This document shows positions 45,493 to 55,500 of a stretch of 64,000 nucleotides of DNA, piece after piece. Each line of letters begins with the position of its first letter. Position 1 is the first letter of the stretch. The stretch is from Elusimicrobiota bacterium. Lineage in GTDB: Bacteria > Elusimicrobiota > Elusimicrobia > UBA1565. A program made the position numbers and the translations under genes. The stretch spans positions 6,296 through 70,295 of the forward strand of contig JACRDO010000118.1 in assembly GCA_016212885.1 (NCBI GenBank), given 5' to 3'. The notes under the pieces were generated by a model. That model was not told where the DNA came from. It saw only the letters and a program-made list of their open reading frames with translations, and did not search any database.

Positions 45493-47501
45493 CTACTTCT
45501 TCTTCAGCACGATCCACTTCTCCGTGAAGCGGGCCATCTCCTCGCGGTAGCGCTTGTGCTTGGGGTACTCCTGGGCCGCAATCTCGGTCAGGTTCCGGAC
45601 CCACTCCTCGCTGAAGGCCAGGGCCCCCTCGGCCGGCGCGTAGGCCGCGCGGTAGACGCTGCCCGGCCCTTCCAGGCGCACGGCCTCGGGCGCATAGTAG
45701 AGCTCATAGCCTGCCGGCAGGGTGATGCCGACCTCCTTGCTCAGGCGGTCGCGCTGGTACCAGAACAGCGGGGATTCCCGGCTCGGCTGCCCCACGTCGG
45801 CGGCGGAGTGCTCGACCCAAGGGATGCGGAACGCGAGGAATCCGCCCGCGGCCGTGATGGCGTAGTCCTTGACCGAATACCTGAGGGGCTGATCTCGTTG
45901 ACACGGTTCTGGAACACCTTCTTCTGCTCGCTCTCCTTGATGCTCTTGTAGTAGCCGCGCAGCTCGCCTTCGCGCGCTCCGATGTAGCGCGCCGAATAGC
46001 CCACGTCCGCGTCGCCGGCCGAGCTCAGGCGCGCCGAGTACTCGTAGCGGCTGGAGTTGCCTTCCGGCTTGGGCGCCTCGACCATCTCCATGTCCTTGGC
46101 GAACACGTTGAGGGCCTTTACCCCGTGATCCATGGTCGGGAACGCCGGATAGCGGTAGTCGTAGCCTGTGGAATCCAGGAAGAAGCCCCGGCCGGCGAGC
46201 TTGAGGTAGGTGATGGCATGCTCGAACCAGATGTCCGGGACCCGGAAATCGTGATCCGCGGCGTGGTTGGTGTCCAGCAGGACGGGCGAGGAATAGATTC
46301 CCGCGGCCTTGAGCATGGCCGTAAACAGCAGGGCCTTGTCTATGCAGCAGCCGTAGCGCCTCTTCCAGGTCAGGTTGGCGTCGTAGCCTCCCCAGCCCGA
46401 GGCCACGCCCATCTTGACCGCGACGTAGCGGACCTGCTTCTGGATATAGTGGTAGATGGCGGCCGTCTTCTCTTCGTCCGTCCTGCAGTCCTTGATGAGC
46501 TCCAAGGCGAACTGCGCGAGCTCCGTGCCGGGGTTGGACCTCTCCTTGTACATCTGCGCGAGCCAGTCGAAGATGCGGTCCCAGTCCTTGAAGAGCGCGG
46601 CTTTTAAGCCCGGCGCGTAATCCCAGTACTGCGCCATCAGGGGTTCTCCCACGATCTGGGGCACGTCGCGCAGCTCCCAGGAGTAGGCGCGGGCCTTCTC
46701 ATCCGAAATGATCCGGGGCTCGGCCTGCTTCTTCCAAGGCCCGGTGAAGTTCCTGACCGCGTAGAAGAGCTTCTGGGATTTGGGGACCGTGATGCTGAAG
46801 CGCGACACGAGCACCGGGGATGCGCTCTGGAAGCCCCAGCGCGGGAAGAAGAAATCCTTGCGGAAGGGGTTGTAGGTCTCCTTCTCGATCTCCCATTCCA
46901 CGATGGAGCCCACCTCCACCTGGGGCAGAGGATAGCTGATGGTGTGGTATTCCGTGAAGAAAAGGGCTTGCCCTTGCGGCTTGGAGGTCTTGATCTTCTC
47001 GGGCTCCAAGGGGAAGACCTTCCCATCCGGGTGATAGACCGTGGCTTTCACGATGCGGACGCGCTCGCGGCCTTCCTCGAAATAGCCGGCGGCCTCGCCC
47101 CAGGACTGCTTGAGCGCTTCCTTGAGGATCCTGCCCGCGAAGCGCGTGCGCTCGACCCATGTCCCGTCGTCCCTGACTACGTACTCCCCCTCGTCGAGCA
47201 GGACCAGGCCGTCGGTGCCCTGGTGGCGCTTGCCGAACTCCTCGGCTTGGCTGAACAGGTCCTTGCCGCGCTGCACGGCCGCGTGGTCCGCCGCTGCCGC
47301 GGCCTGCTCGGGCTTCTTCATGGCGAACTGTATCTCCAAGACGTCCTCGCGGGGCAGGCTTCGCCCGTCCTCCAGGAGGAGCTTCCCTGCGTCCAGCGAC
47401 GAGACTCCGGCATGGATGTCCGTGCCGGAACGCATCTTGAGCGTCTCCGAGGATGCGCTCGTCTGAGCCGCGAAAAGAAGAAGGATGGCCGTACCAAACA
47501 T
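45493..47501 (-). pseudogene. secreted transglutaminase-like cysteine-protease-domain protein (DUF3857-like N-terminus), frameshifted near the 3' end
   Basis: The 45741-47633 frame carries the signal peptide (MFGTAILLLFAAQTSA) and the transglutaminase core 'YGCCIDKALLFTAMLKAAGIYS'. The C-terminal ~130 aa continue in another frame (45493-45795 ORF '…QPLRYSVKDYAITAAGGFLAFRIPW…'). The frame switch is near 45893-45900 at a C-run (gatcagcccc). Confidence 0.6.
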
Positions 47502-47580
47502 CGGAAATGCGTTGGTTTGGCACGTCCCAAACCTACGTCGTTTGGAAAGTTCGATACGTCGTCTGGATGTTTGGGACATC
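47493..47580 (+). repeat. palindromic repeat family, copy D (5' leader of the transglutaminase-like gene / islet border)
   Basis: …CCAAACATCGGAAATGCGTTGGTTTGG CACGTCCCAAACCTACGTCGTTTGGAAAGTTCGATACGTCGTCTGGATGTTTGGGACATC. Same core as copies A-C plus extra inverted repeats. Confidence 0.65.
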
Positions 47581-47669
47581 AATAGTCGCATAGAGTTCCT
47601 CTCAATAGTTGGCTTGCGACGTCCCTTTCTCATGCCCGCGCGGATGCCGCGCCCTTGCCGCCCATTATA

Positions 47670-48062
47670 CTACGAACCACAGAGCCGCAACCCTGGGACG
47701 CTGCGGAAATGAGCGTCGTAGCTTACTAGGACCGAACCCGTCTCCACGGCCTGCGCGGCCAGCCAAAGGTCATTGACCGGTATCGGCGTCCCGGCGCGCT
47801 TGAGGCGGTCTTTGATCTCGCCGAAGATCTCCGCGGTATCGAGGGTCAGGAGCAGGGAGGAGACGGTCGGCTTGGCCAGGAACTCCCCCAGTATCCGTTC
47901 ATTTTCCTCCCGCCTGCCGCTTCCTCGGAATCCAGCGTGCAGCTCCCCAAGAACGATGACGGACAGGTAGACGGCCTCGGCGCCGGCCAGGATATCGAGC
48001 ATGCGCCGGTCCCCGGAGCAGAAGGCGGCGTAAGCGTTGGTGTCCAGCAGGACCCGAGTCAT
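47670..48062 (-). CDS. vapC: PIN-domain toxin VapC
   Basis: 'MTRVLLDTNAY…' with later acidic residues (ELHAG…, YDAHF). Overlaps the antitoxin gene. Confidence 0.75.
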   Translation of the reverse strand: MTRVLLDTNAYAAFCSGDRRMLDILAGAEAVYLSVIVLGELHAGFRGSGRREENERILGEFLAKPTVSSLLLTLDTAEIFGEIKDRLKRAGTPIPVNDLWLAAQAVETGSVLVSYDAHFRSVPGLRLCGS

Positions 48063-48313
48063 GCCCAATCTTCAGGATCGACGCGTTCGAGCTCTTGGAT
48101 CGCTTTCCTGAAGTTCGCTCCTTCCTTTTGGGACCAGACGCCGCACAGCGGCTCGAAGTCCTTCCGGCGGTCGGTCCGGGAGGAGGAAAGGCCGAGGGCC
48201 TTGGCAAGAAGTTTCTTGATGAGCTTGTTGAGGCTCAGCCCCCCCTCGATGGCCTGCCGCTGAAGACGCGCCGCCAATTCGTCGTCCATGCCGTGGATGG
48301 TGAGGGATTTCAT
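48059..48313 (-). CDS. VapB/FitA-like antitoxin
   Basis: 84-aa ORF 'MKSLTIHGMDDELAARLQRQAIEGGLSLNKLIKKLL' is an RHH-like plasmid-stability antitoxin N-terminus. Immediately upstream of the PIN gene. Confidence 0.65.
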   Translation of the reverse strand: MKSLTIHGMDDELAARLQRQAIEGGLSLNKLIKKLLAKALGLSSSRTDRRKDFEPLCGVWSQKEGANFRKAIQELERVDPEDWA

Positions 48314-48330
48314 CGCAGCCCTCTCGACTC

Positions 48331-48370
48331 ATCAATATGGTTCATATCGCACCATATTATGGTTCATTTA
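48331..48370 (+). promoter_or_regulatory. candidate operator/promoter of the vapBC-2 operon (two TATGGTTCAT direct repeats)
   Basis: TATGGTTCAT at 48336-48345 and 48358-48367. Partly palindromic (ATATGGTTCATAT). Directly upstream of the antitoxin start. Confidence 0.35.
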
Positions 48371-48653
48371 TCCCTGGTTGTCAAGACCCCCGACCAATGC
48401 TGAGCTGAGAGCATTGTTTGCCCATCTTCGAAAATCTCGCCGATTGCGCCAATATAATCGTTTTTCAAGAGCCATAATCAACTCGCTTGCATAAGGTCAA
48501 AATTTAATCAATAATCTTGTTGCATAAGCGTTCTATTCGATATTTCTATGCAGGTAAGCAATTCAAGTCAACACTCACCCCAACCTGCCGGCTACGCAGC
48601 CCTGATCAAACGGTACGGCCTCAAGGTCATGCCAAACTGGCACGAATCCTACG

Positions 48654-49472
48654 TTGCCGCCAATGGGATCCACCAGCCTGATCGACCTTCAGAATCGGAT
48701 CGTGGACCCGCGTTTCGCCGCCGCGGATTTTCGCAAGACACAGAGCTATGTCGGAGAGACGCTCGCCCTGCGCCAGGAGCGCGTCCACTTCGCATGCCCA
48801 AAGCCCGAGGACTTGCCTGACTTGATGGACGGCCTCACGGCCATGCATCCAAAGGTCGCCGCAGGAGGGGTTCCACCTTTGATCCACGCTGCTATTGTCG
48901 CATACGGTTTCGTGTTCCTGCACCCGTTCGAGGATGGCAACGGAAGGATCCACCGCTTCCTCATCCACAATATCCTGGCGCTCGGCGGTTTCTGGCGGGA
49001 CGAGGGGATTATTCTGCCCATCTCGGCCGCCATGCTGAAGAACCCAGCCGACTACGACGCTTCGCTGGAGGCATTCTCCCGCCCGCTCATGCAGCTGGTG
49101 GAGTATTCGCTGGACGACGAAGGACGCATGACCGTCAACAACGACACCGCCCTCTGGTATCGCTACATCGACATGACGCCCCAGGCCGAGGCCCTATCCG
49201 CCTTCGCCGAAAAGGCCATCGACACGGAGCTCGCCGGCGAACTGGCTTTCCTAGCCGGCTACGACCGCGCCAAGACGGCCATCCAGGGCATAGTGGATAT
49301 GCCGGATCGCCAGATCGATTTGTTCATCCGCTTCTGCCTTCAGAACCAGGGCAGGCTGTCGGCCCGCAAGCGGACCAGCCATTTCGACTTTCTGAGCAAC
49401 GACGAGGTCGGGAGGCTGGAGCAAGCCGTGCAAGAGGCCTCTGGGCAGAAACCAACCCAGGGAGCCTCTTGA
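48654..49472 (+). CDS. Fic/DOC family protein, possibly N-terminally truncated
   Basis: Fic motif 'HPFEDGNGRIHRF'. The motif lies only ~95 aa from the ORF start, and an out-of-frame 90-aa ORF (48548-48820) overlaps the 5' end. Lower GC than the surrounding sequence. Confidence 0.6.
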   Translation: MPPMGSTSLIDLQNRIVDPRFAAADFRKTQSYVGETLALRQERVHFACPKPEDLPDLMDGLTAMHPKVAAGGVPPLIHAAIVAYGFVFLHPFEDGNGRIHRFLIHNILALGGFWRDEGIILPISAAMLKNPADYDASLEAFSRPLMQLVEYSLDDEGRMTVNNDTALWYRYIDMTPQAEALSAFAEKAIDTELAGELAFLAGYDRAKTAIQGIVDMPDRQIDLFIRFCLQNQGRLSARKRTSHFDFLSNDEVGRLEQAVQEASGQKPTQGAS

Positions 49473-49511
49473 GCGACGCCATACATCCAGCGAGGCCATT
49501 CGAGCCGCCGG

Positions 49512-52500
49512 TCAATCCATCGGCACGAGGAACAGCGTGAAGAGCGGCAGCACCCACCGCTTGAGCACCGCGCCCAGGGCTGAGATCGGATTCATCCGCA
49601 TCCCCTTGGCGGGCTTGGCCGGCTGATCGCCGTACTTCGCGCGGGCCGCCTGCATCATGACGTTCGATTCCGCGGCGACCTTGGCCGGGTCCTTGAGCGC
49701 CTCATCTAAGGCCGCCAGGGCCTTGGTTTCGTCGATCAGGCCCGCGCCGACCTCGTAGGGCCGGCCGGGCATGGGGGAGGCGGTGGACTGGATGATACCC
49801 TCCAGGAAGAAGCTGTAGCCGTCCGGGAGCCGGCCAAACTTGGCCGCCATGACGGAGGCCATCCTCTCGATGAGCGCCGCGAACTTCCCGGTCGAGTGCG
49901 GCGCGGCCATGGAGGTCCCGGACATCGTCTGATAGAGCGCCTTGTCCTTCCAGGTCACGGTGGTCGGCGCGTCCCGCAGGGACTCCACGAGCTTCGTGGC
50001 CAAAGTCGAGACGATCTCGTAGGGATTGGGCAGGTTGAAGGCCACGGCGCCGCCGAAGTCCACCCAGGAGATGTCGAGCTTGCCCGGCACGCCCCGCGAG
50101 GAGTAGAAGGTCAGGCCCTTCGCCTTGTCCGCCGCGCCGATGCGGATGGCTAGGGCGGCGTTGGCCGGGGAGCCGACCGTGCCCTCCGCCGGGCCCTCGT
50201 TGCCGGCCGCGGCGATGACCGTGATGTTCTTGAGCCTCAGCTTGTTGACGAGCAGGCTCAGCGGGTCGTCCGGATTGCCCGGCCCGCCCAGGCTCATGTT
50301 GACGACCACCGGGGTCTTGAGGGGGTCATCCACCAGGCTCGCCGCCCATTCCATGCCGGCCATGACCATGGCGTCGGTGCCGCCGTTGGCGCCGAGCACC
50401 TTGCCGATCGCGAAGTCCACGTCCGGGGCCATGCCAACGTAAGGAGAGCCGTCCACGCTGCGCGCCCCCACGATGCCCATGCCGTGCGTGCCGTGGCCGA
50501 TGCTCTCGTCCGCGACCTCGTCCTCCTTGCCCTCGCCGGAGAAGTTCTTCTTGAACTTGATGCGGGAGGCGTCGATCGCCGGATGCGCGGTGTCGCCGCC
50601 TTCGTCCAGATAGGCGATGAGCACGCCCTTGCCGGTGGGGCCGCCGTTGCGGCGGATCTCCGGCATGCCCGAGAGCGGGCCCGTCTCGTGGATCAAGCCG
50701 TAGAAGGGCCGCGCGCGCCGCACCTTGTAGCCTTTCGCCTCCAGCTCGGCCGTGAACGCCGCAGCCTTCGCCTCCGGGACGTTGACCCAGAGGGCCTGGG
50801 CGTTGGGCATCGCGACCTGGAGCTTGGCCTCGAACCTCTTGAGGGTCTCGGTCTCCAGGCCGTACTCGCCCGCCGCGGAGAGGGCCTCGTCTTTCGAATC
50901 GGTCCGGAAGTCCCTGAACTTCTCGATGCGCGGCAGGCTTTGGCCCTTCCGAAGCGGGCCGGAAGGCATCTCGACGAGCAGGTGGATCGGGCCGAGGTTC
51001 GGGTCCACCCCCGGCACGCCCGAGCCGTTCTTATCCGGCGCAGGGGTCGGCAGGTCCAGCGGGACGTTCACGATGCGGGCGAGCAGCTGGACCATCTCGC
51101 CGAGCGCTCCCGGCCGGTTCGCGGCGCCCTTGTGCTTCTGGATGAAGCCGAGGACAGAGGACTTCAGCGCCTCTCCCTTGAGCCTCTCGCGGAATTCCGG
51201 CTTGCGGGCCGCGGTCTTAAAGAACTTGGAGACGGTCCTCGTGAGCGCGAAATTCTGCGGACCTGAGGAGTCGAGCATCGCTACCACGGCCTTGTCGGTG
51301 ACGGATGCGGCCTTCGAGTCCGCCATTTCCGTCAGGGACGCGACGCAGAGGTGGCGGATGTTGCCGCGCTCGGCCTCGTCCGCCAAGCGCCCCGCCAGCG
51401 CGTCGGAGGCCTCCGTGGTGGCGCGGCTGCCGGCCTGTCCGAGCAGCCAGGCCGCGCTGAAGCGGACTTTCTTGTCGGCGCTTTGCAGCCCCATGATGAT
51501 GCGCCGGATGCCGGAGGCGTCGCCATGGCGGGCGAGGACGTAGGCCGAATACATCCCGATGTCCTGGGAATCCTCGCCTAGCGCCTTGCGCAGGAGCTCG
51601 TCCGCGGCGAAGCCCGGGGTCTCGGCGATGGCGAGGAAGGCCGCCTGCCGCACGCGGCCGTCCGGGTCATTCAAGGCCGCCTCGGCGAGGTCAAGGGCGG
51701 CTTCCGGGGCCTTCAGGTTCATGAGGGCGAAGGCCGCGTAGAACCGCACCAGCCAGACCTCGTCCTTAAGGGAGGCCAGCAGCTTCGGCAGAGCCTGCGC
51801 TCGCGCTTCGGCGAAGCTTTTGAGCATCGCGTCGCTCGCGGCCTGGGCGTCCGGGCCGGCCTGGCCGGGCTTCTGCTCGGAAGGCTCCTCAGGGTTGTCG
51901 GCGGCTTGGGCCGATTCCTGCCGGGCGCTCTGCGCCCCTTTCCACGCCGCCTCGGCCGCGTCGAAGACCTGGTCTTCGAGCTTCCAGACCTGCTCCGCGC
52001 GGGAGATCCAGTCCCAGCTTGAGGCGGGCGCCGCCGCGGGCGCCGCTGCAAGTCCCGCGGCCGCAGCCAAGGCCCGGGCGGCGCGGGCGAGAGCGCCGAG
52101 CTTGGAGCCGAATGTCCGGGCGGCCAGCTTGACGGCCGCGAGGGCGTCGACGAATCCCGCCCCCTGGAAGAAGACCGGCACGCGCATGTCCGCGGCCGAG
52201 CGCATCAGGATCATCTTCACGGAGAAGGGCAGATGCTCCAGGAAATAGCCGGCGGCCTCCGAGCCGGCGGCCATCCCCATCTTCACGGCCTGCTTGACGA
52301 GAAGCGCGATCCCGGCGATCTGCGGGTTGGACATCGAGGTGCCGGACATCCGCGTGTGAAGGGCGTCCTTCGTGTCGGAGGGGCCGGGCGGCATGTTCAC
52401 GGATTTGACCGACTCGATGCCGTGCTCGTAGACGTCCTTGACGCCCGGAGGAGTCGTGACGTCTCCGCCCAAGGCCGTGATCTCCGGCTTCATGCGGACG

Positions 52501-55500
52501 CGCCGGATATGGTAGCGGTTGTCGAGAGCGGGCCCCACCGAGGAGTAGAAGGCGATCTCCGGCTCCGCGTCGTCGCGGCTCTTGGCCGCGGCCGCCACCG
52601 AGATCATGTTCACGCCGACCGAGGGCTGGCTCAGCGTGCGGTTGAAGGGCCCGGAGTTCCCGGCCGAGCCGGTCCCGATGGGGAACTCCCCGGCGTCGGT
52701 CTTCTTCCGGGTCAGGTCAGAGAAGAACTCGGCCAAGGGCGAGTCCGCGGTCCCGGGGCTGCCGAGGCTGAGGCTGACCACGTCCGCCCCCCACTTCAGC
52801 GCGTCCACCGCGGCCGCCATGATGTCGCCGTCCGAGGCGCCCAAGCCGCTCCGCGAGAAGACCTTGCCCATGCGGCCGAGCGCCGCCGGGGCCATGCCCT
52901 TGTAGATGGTCCCGTTCGCGTAGGAGATGCCGGCCTTGTGCGTGCCGTGGCCGATCCAGTCCTCCGGCCCCTCGTTGACGAAGTCGATGCTTTGCAGGGC
53001 CCGGTCCGCGAAGTCCGGGTGCGATGCGTCGAGCCCGGTGTCGATGTCGTAGATGCGGCCGCCCTCGCCGCGGATGCGCAGCTTCCAGACCGGCGCGACG
53101 TTCTGGACCCCGGGGCTCTCGATGAGGTGCAGGGCGTAGCCGCCGCGGGAGGGCTCAAAGCGGATGCCGGCCGTGTCGGCGTAGCGCCTAATGGCCTTCG
53201 CGTGCGCTTTATGAACCGTGACATAAGCGCGGTTCTGCCCGACGTCCGCGCCGAAGACGTGCCGGACCTTCATCCCGGCCTTGCCAAACCGCTCGATCTC
53301 CCGCTCAGAGAAGCCCATCGTGCGCAGGACCCCCTCCTGGTCCGCCTCCGGCGCGGCGTCCAAGTTCGTCTCGGACCGGGCGATGCTCGCGCCGCTCACC
53401 GGCTTGAGCCAGAGGCTCACGCGCGGCTCGATCTTCCTCGCCACGAGAACATGCCCGCCCTCGGCGAGATCGACCCGCTGGACCAGGAAATGCCCGGAAT
53501 CCGAGGCCTCCCAATAGCGGAGGAGCTTCTCCACGACCGGCAGGCCCGGGTCTCCTTCCGCGAAGGGCAGGAAGGCCGCCCCGCGGTCCTGCAGGCCGCG
53601 GTAGAGGCCTTCGATGAGGCGCATGAGGGCGAATCCCTTGAGGCGCTCCTGCGCGAATTCCCGGTAGAGCTGGGCCACGACCTCATTGACCGCGCCCGAG
53701 CTCAAACTGGCGGGCAGAGAGATGCCGGCCTGATGGGCGAGGGCCCTGAGCCGGGCGGCCTCCACGCTGCCCGGCGGCGCCTTTTCCGCGCTGCCCTCTC
53801 CGGGAGAGGAGACCGGCCGCCCTCCGAGGACGGCGCTTCCCAGCGCGCCGCTGAAGCGGGCGCTGTGGGCGAGCATGTAGATGTCGTCTAGGATCTTGAG
53901 CGCCTGGTCGAGGCGCTTGCTCTCGAGCGTCCCGTCGGCCGGCAGGGCCCCGTGGGCCTGCGGGAGCACGATGAAGCGGAAGCGGCCCTGGTTGGCGTCC
54001 TTGCCGAAATAGTCCGAAACGTCGCTCGCAGACACCGCAAGCTGAGCGCCTTCCGCGGTCCGCAGGGCGGTGACCTTGGCCCGGCCGCTGGAGAGCTCGC
54101 GATAGGTGGCCGGGTCGCGCAGGTCTTCTGAAGAAGGATGTACGACCAGGACCTCGTAGGGCCCTTTGAGCTTCAAGGAAATCTGGGCTTCGTTCAGGAC
54201 ACGATCTATGACCGGGATGCGCAGGGTCTTCATGGAGGAGTTCGTGCGCCACTCGCCCAGCCGCGCGCCGACTTCCTGGATCACGTAGTCGAAGAACTTC
54301 CCTGTGTGCGACCGGGCCGCGGGAGGAGCCCGGCTGCGCTGGGAGAGATAGTGCTTGATCTCATGCTTGAGCACCCAGCGGAAAAGCCTGGGCGCGCGCG
54401 CGAGCTCCGGCCGGACGTAGATGGAGCCGCCCTGGGTCAAGCCGAGGGAGAAGCCGGAGAAGCGCCCGCTGTTGGGCCGATAAGTCTTCAGGATGCCGCG
54501 CCCCGGCGCATAGCCCAGGAACCCGGAGACGACGCTCGGGTGCAGGCCCCATCTCTGGAGCTCCTTCTTCGCGAAAGTCCGGAACTGCGCGTCGCTGACC
54601 TTGGCGCCGCGGGCCACCGTGGCGACGAACAAGCCGATGTCCCAGGCCGCCCAGACTCCCAGGAGCCCCGTGGACACGGCCAAGGCCGCGGAGGCGGCTG
54701 TGAAGATGGGGCCGAGGATCGAACCGGCCGCGACGACAGGGAGAGCTTGCGCGGCCGCATGCGGCAGAAGGGCCGTCGCCGCCCAATGGAGGGTTGTGAT
54801 GAGAGCCAGGCCTGCCGCGGAGAGCCCGGTCATGAGCGCCGGGAAGAGGGCCCAGCGCCGCTGCCGGCCCTGAGCCGGAGCGGCCTGCGGCTTGCGCTCC
54901 TCGATGGGAGAGGCGGACTCGGATTCGGCAGGGTTTTCCGCCGGATCAAGAAGCCGCTCAGCAGGCTGAGCTTGGCTGTCCTGCTGGCTGAGCGCAGGCT
55001 CTCCTTCATGGAGGGCATCGGCGGGCTTGGCGGACTCCCCTGTGCGGAGCCCGAAGTCCTTGGCCGCGGCGCGGCGGGCGTCTTCGATGCCGGCGCCGGC
55101 CTTGAGCCCGTTGATGAGAGAAGGCAGGGCCAAACGGCTGAGGAGAGATTTCTCTTGGGGCTGGCCGGCTTCAGCCGCCGCGGCTCCTATCTCCTTCGGC
55201 TTTCCCATATCCCGGACCGGCTCTGATTTCCGGATCTGGGAAAGCTGCGGGGCTTTAAAAGCCTGGATTTCCGTCTTTACGGCCGCGTCCGGATGCGCCG
55301 TTTGGATGGACGGCACGGCGCTGCGACTGATGACCTTGGCGGCAGGACCCGAAACCGTGGAAGCTGGAAGGGCCAGAGCCGCGGCAGGGCTTCTTACTGA
55401 GATATTCGAAACGGTCGGAAGGAAGGAAGCAGGGCCTGTCTTGAGGATCTGCTGGGAGATCTGCGACTGCGCTCCGCCGGGGCTCACGGGCACGCCGAGA

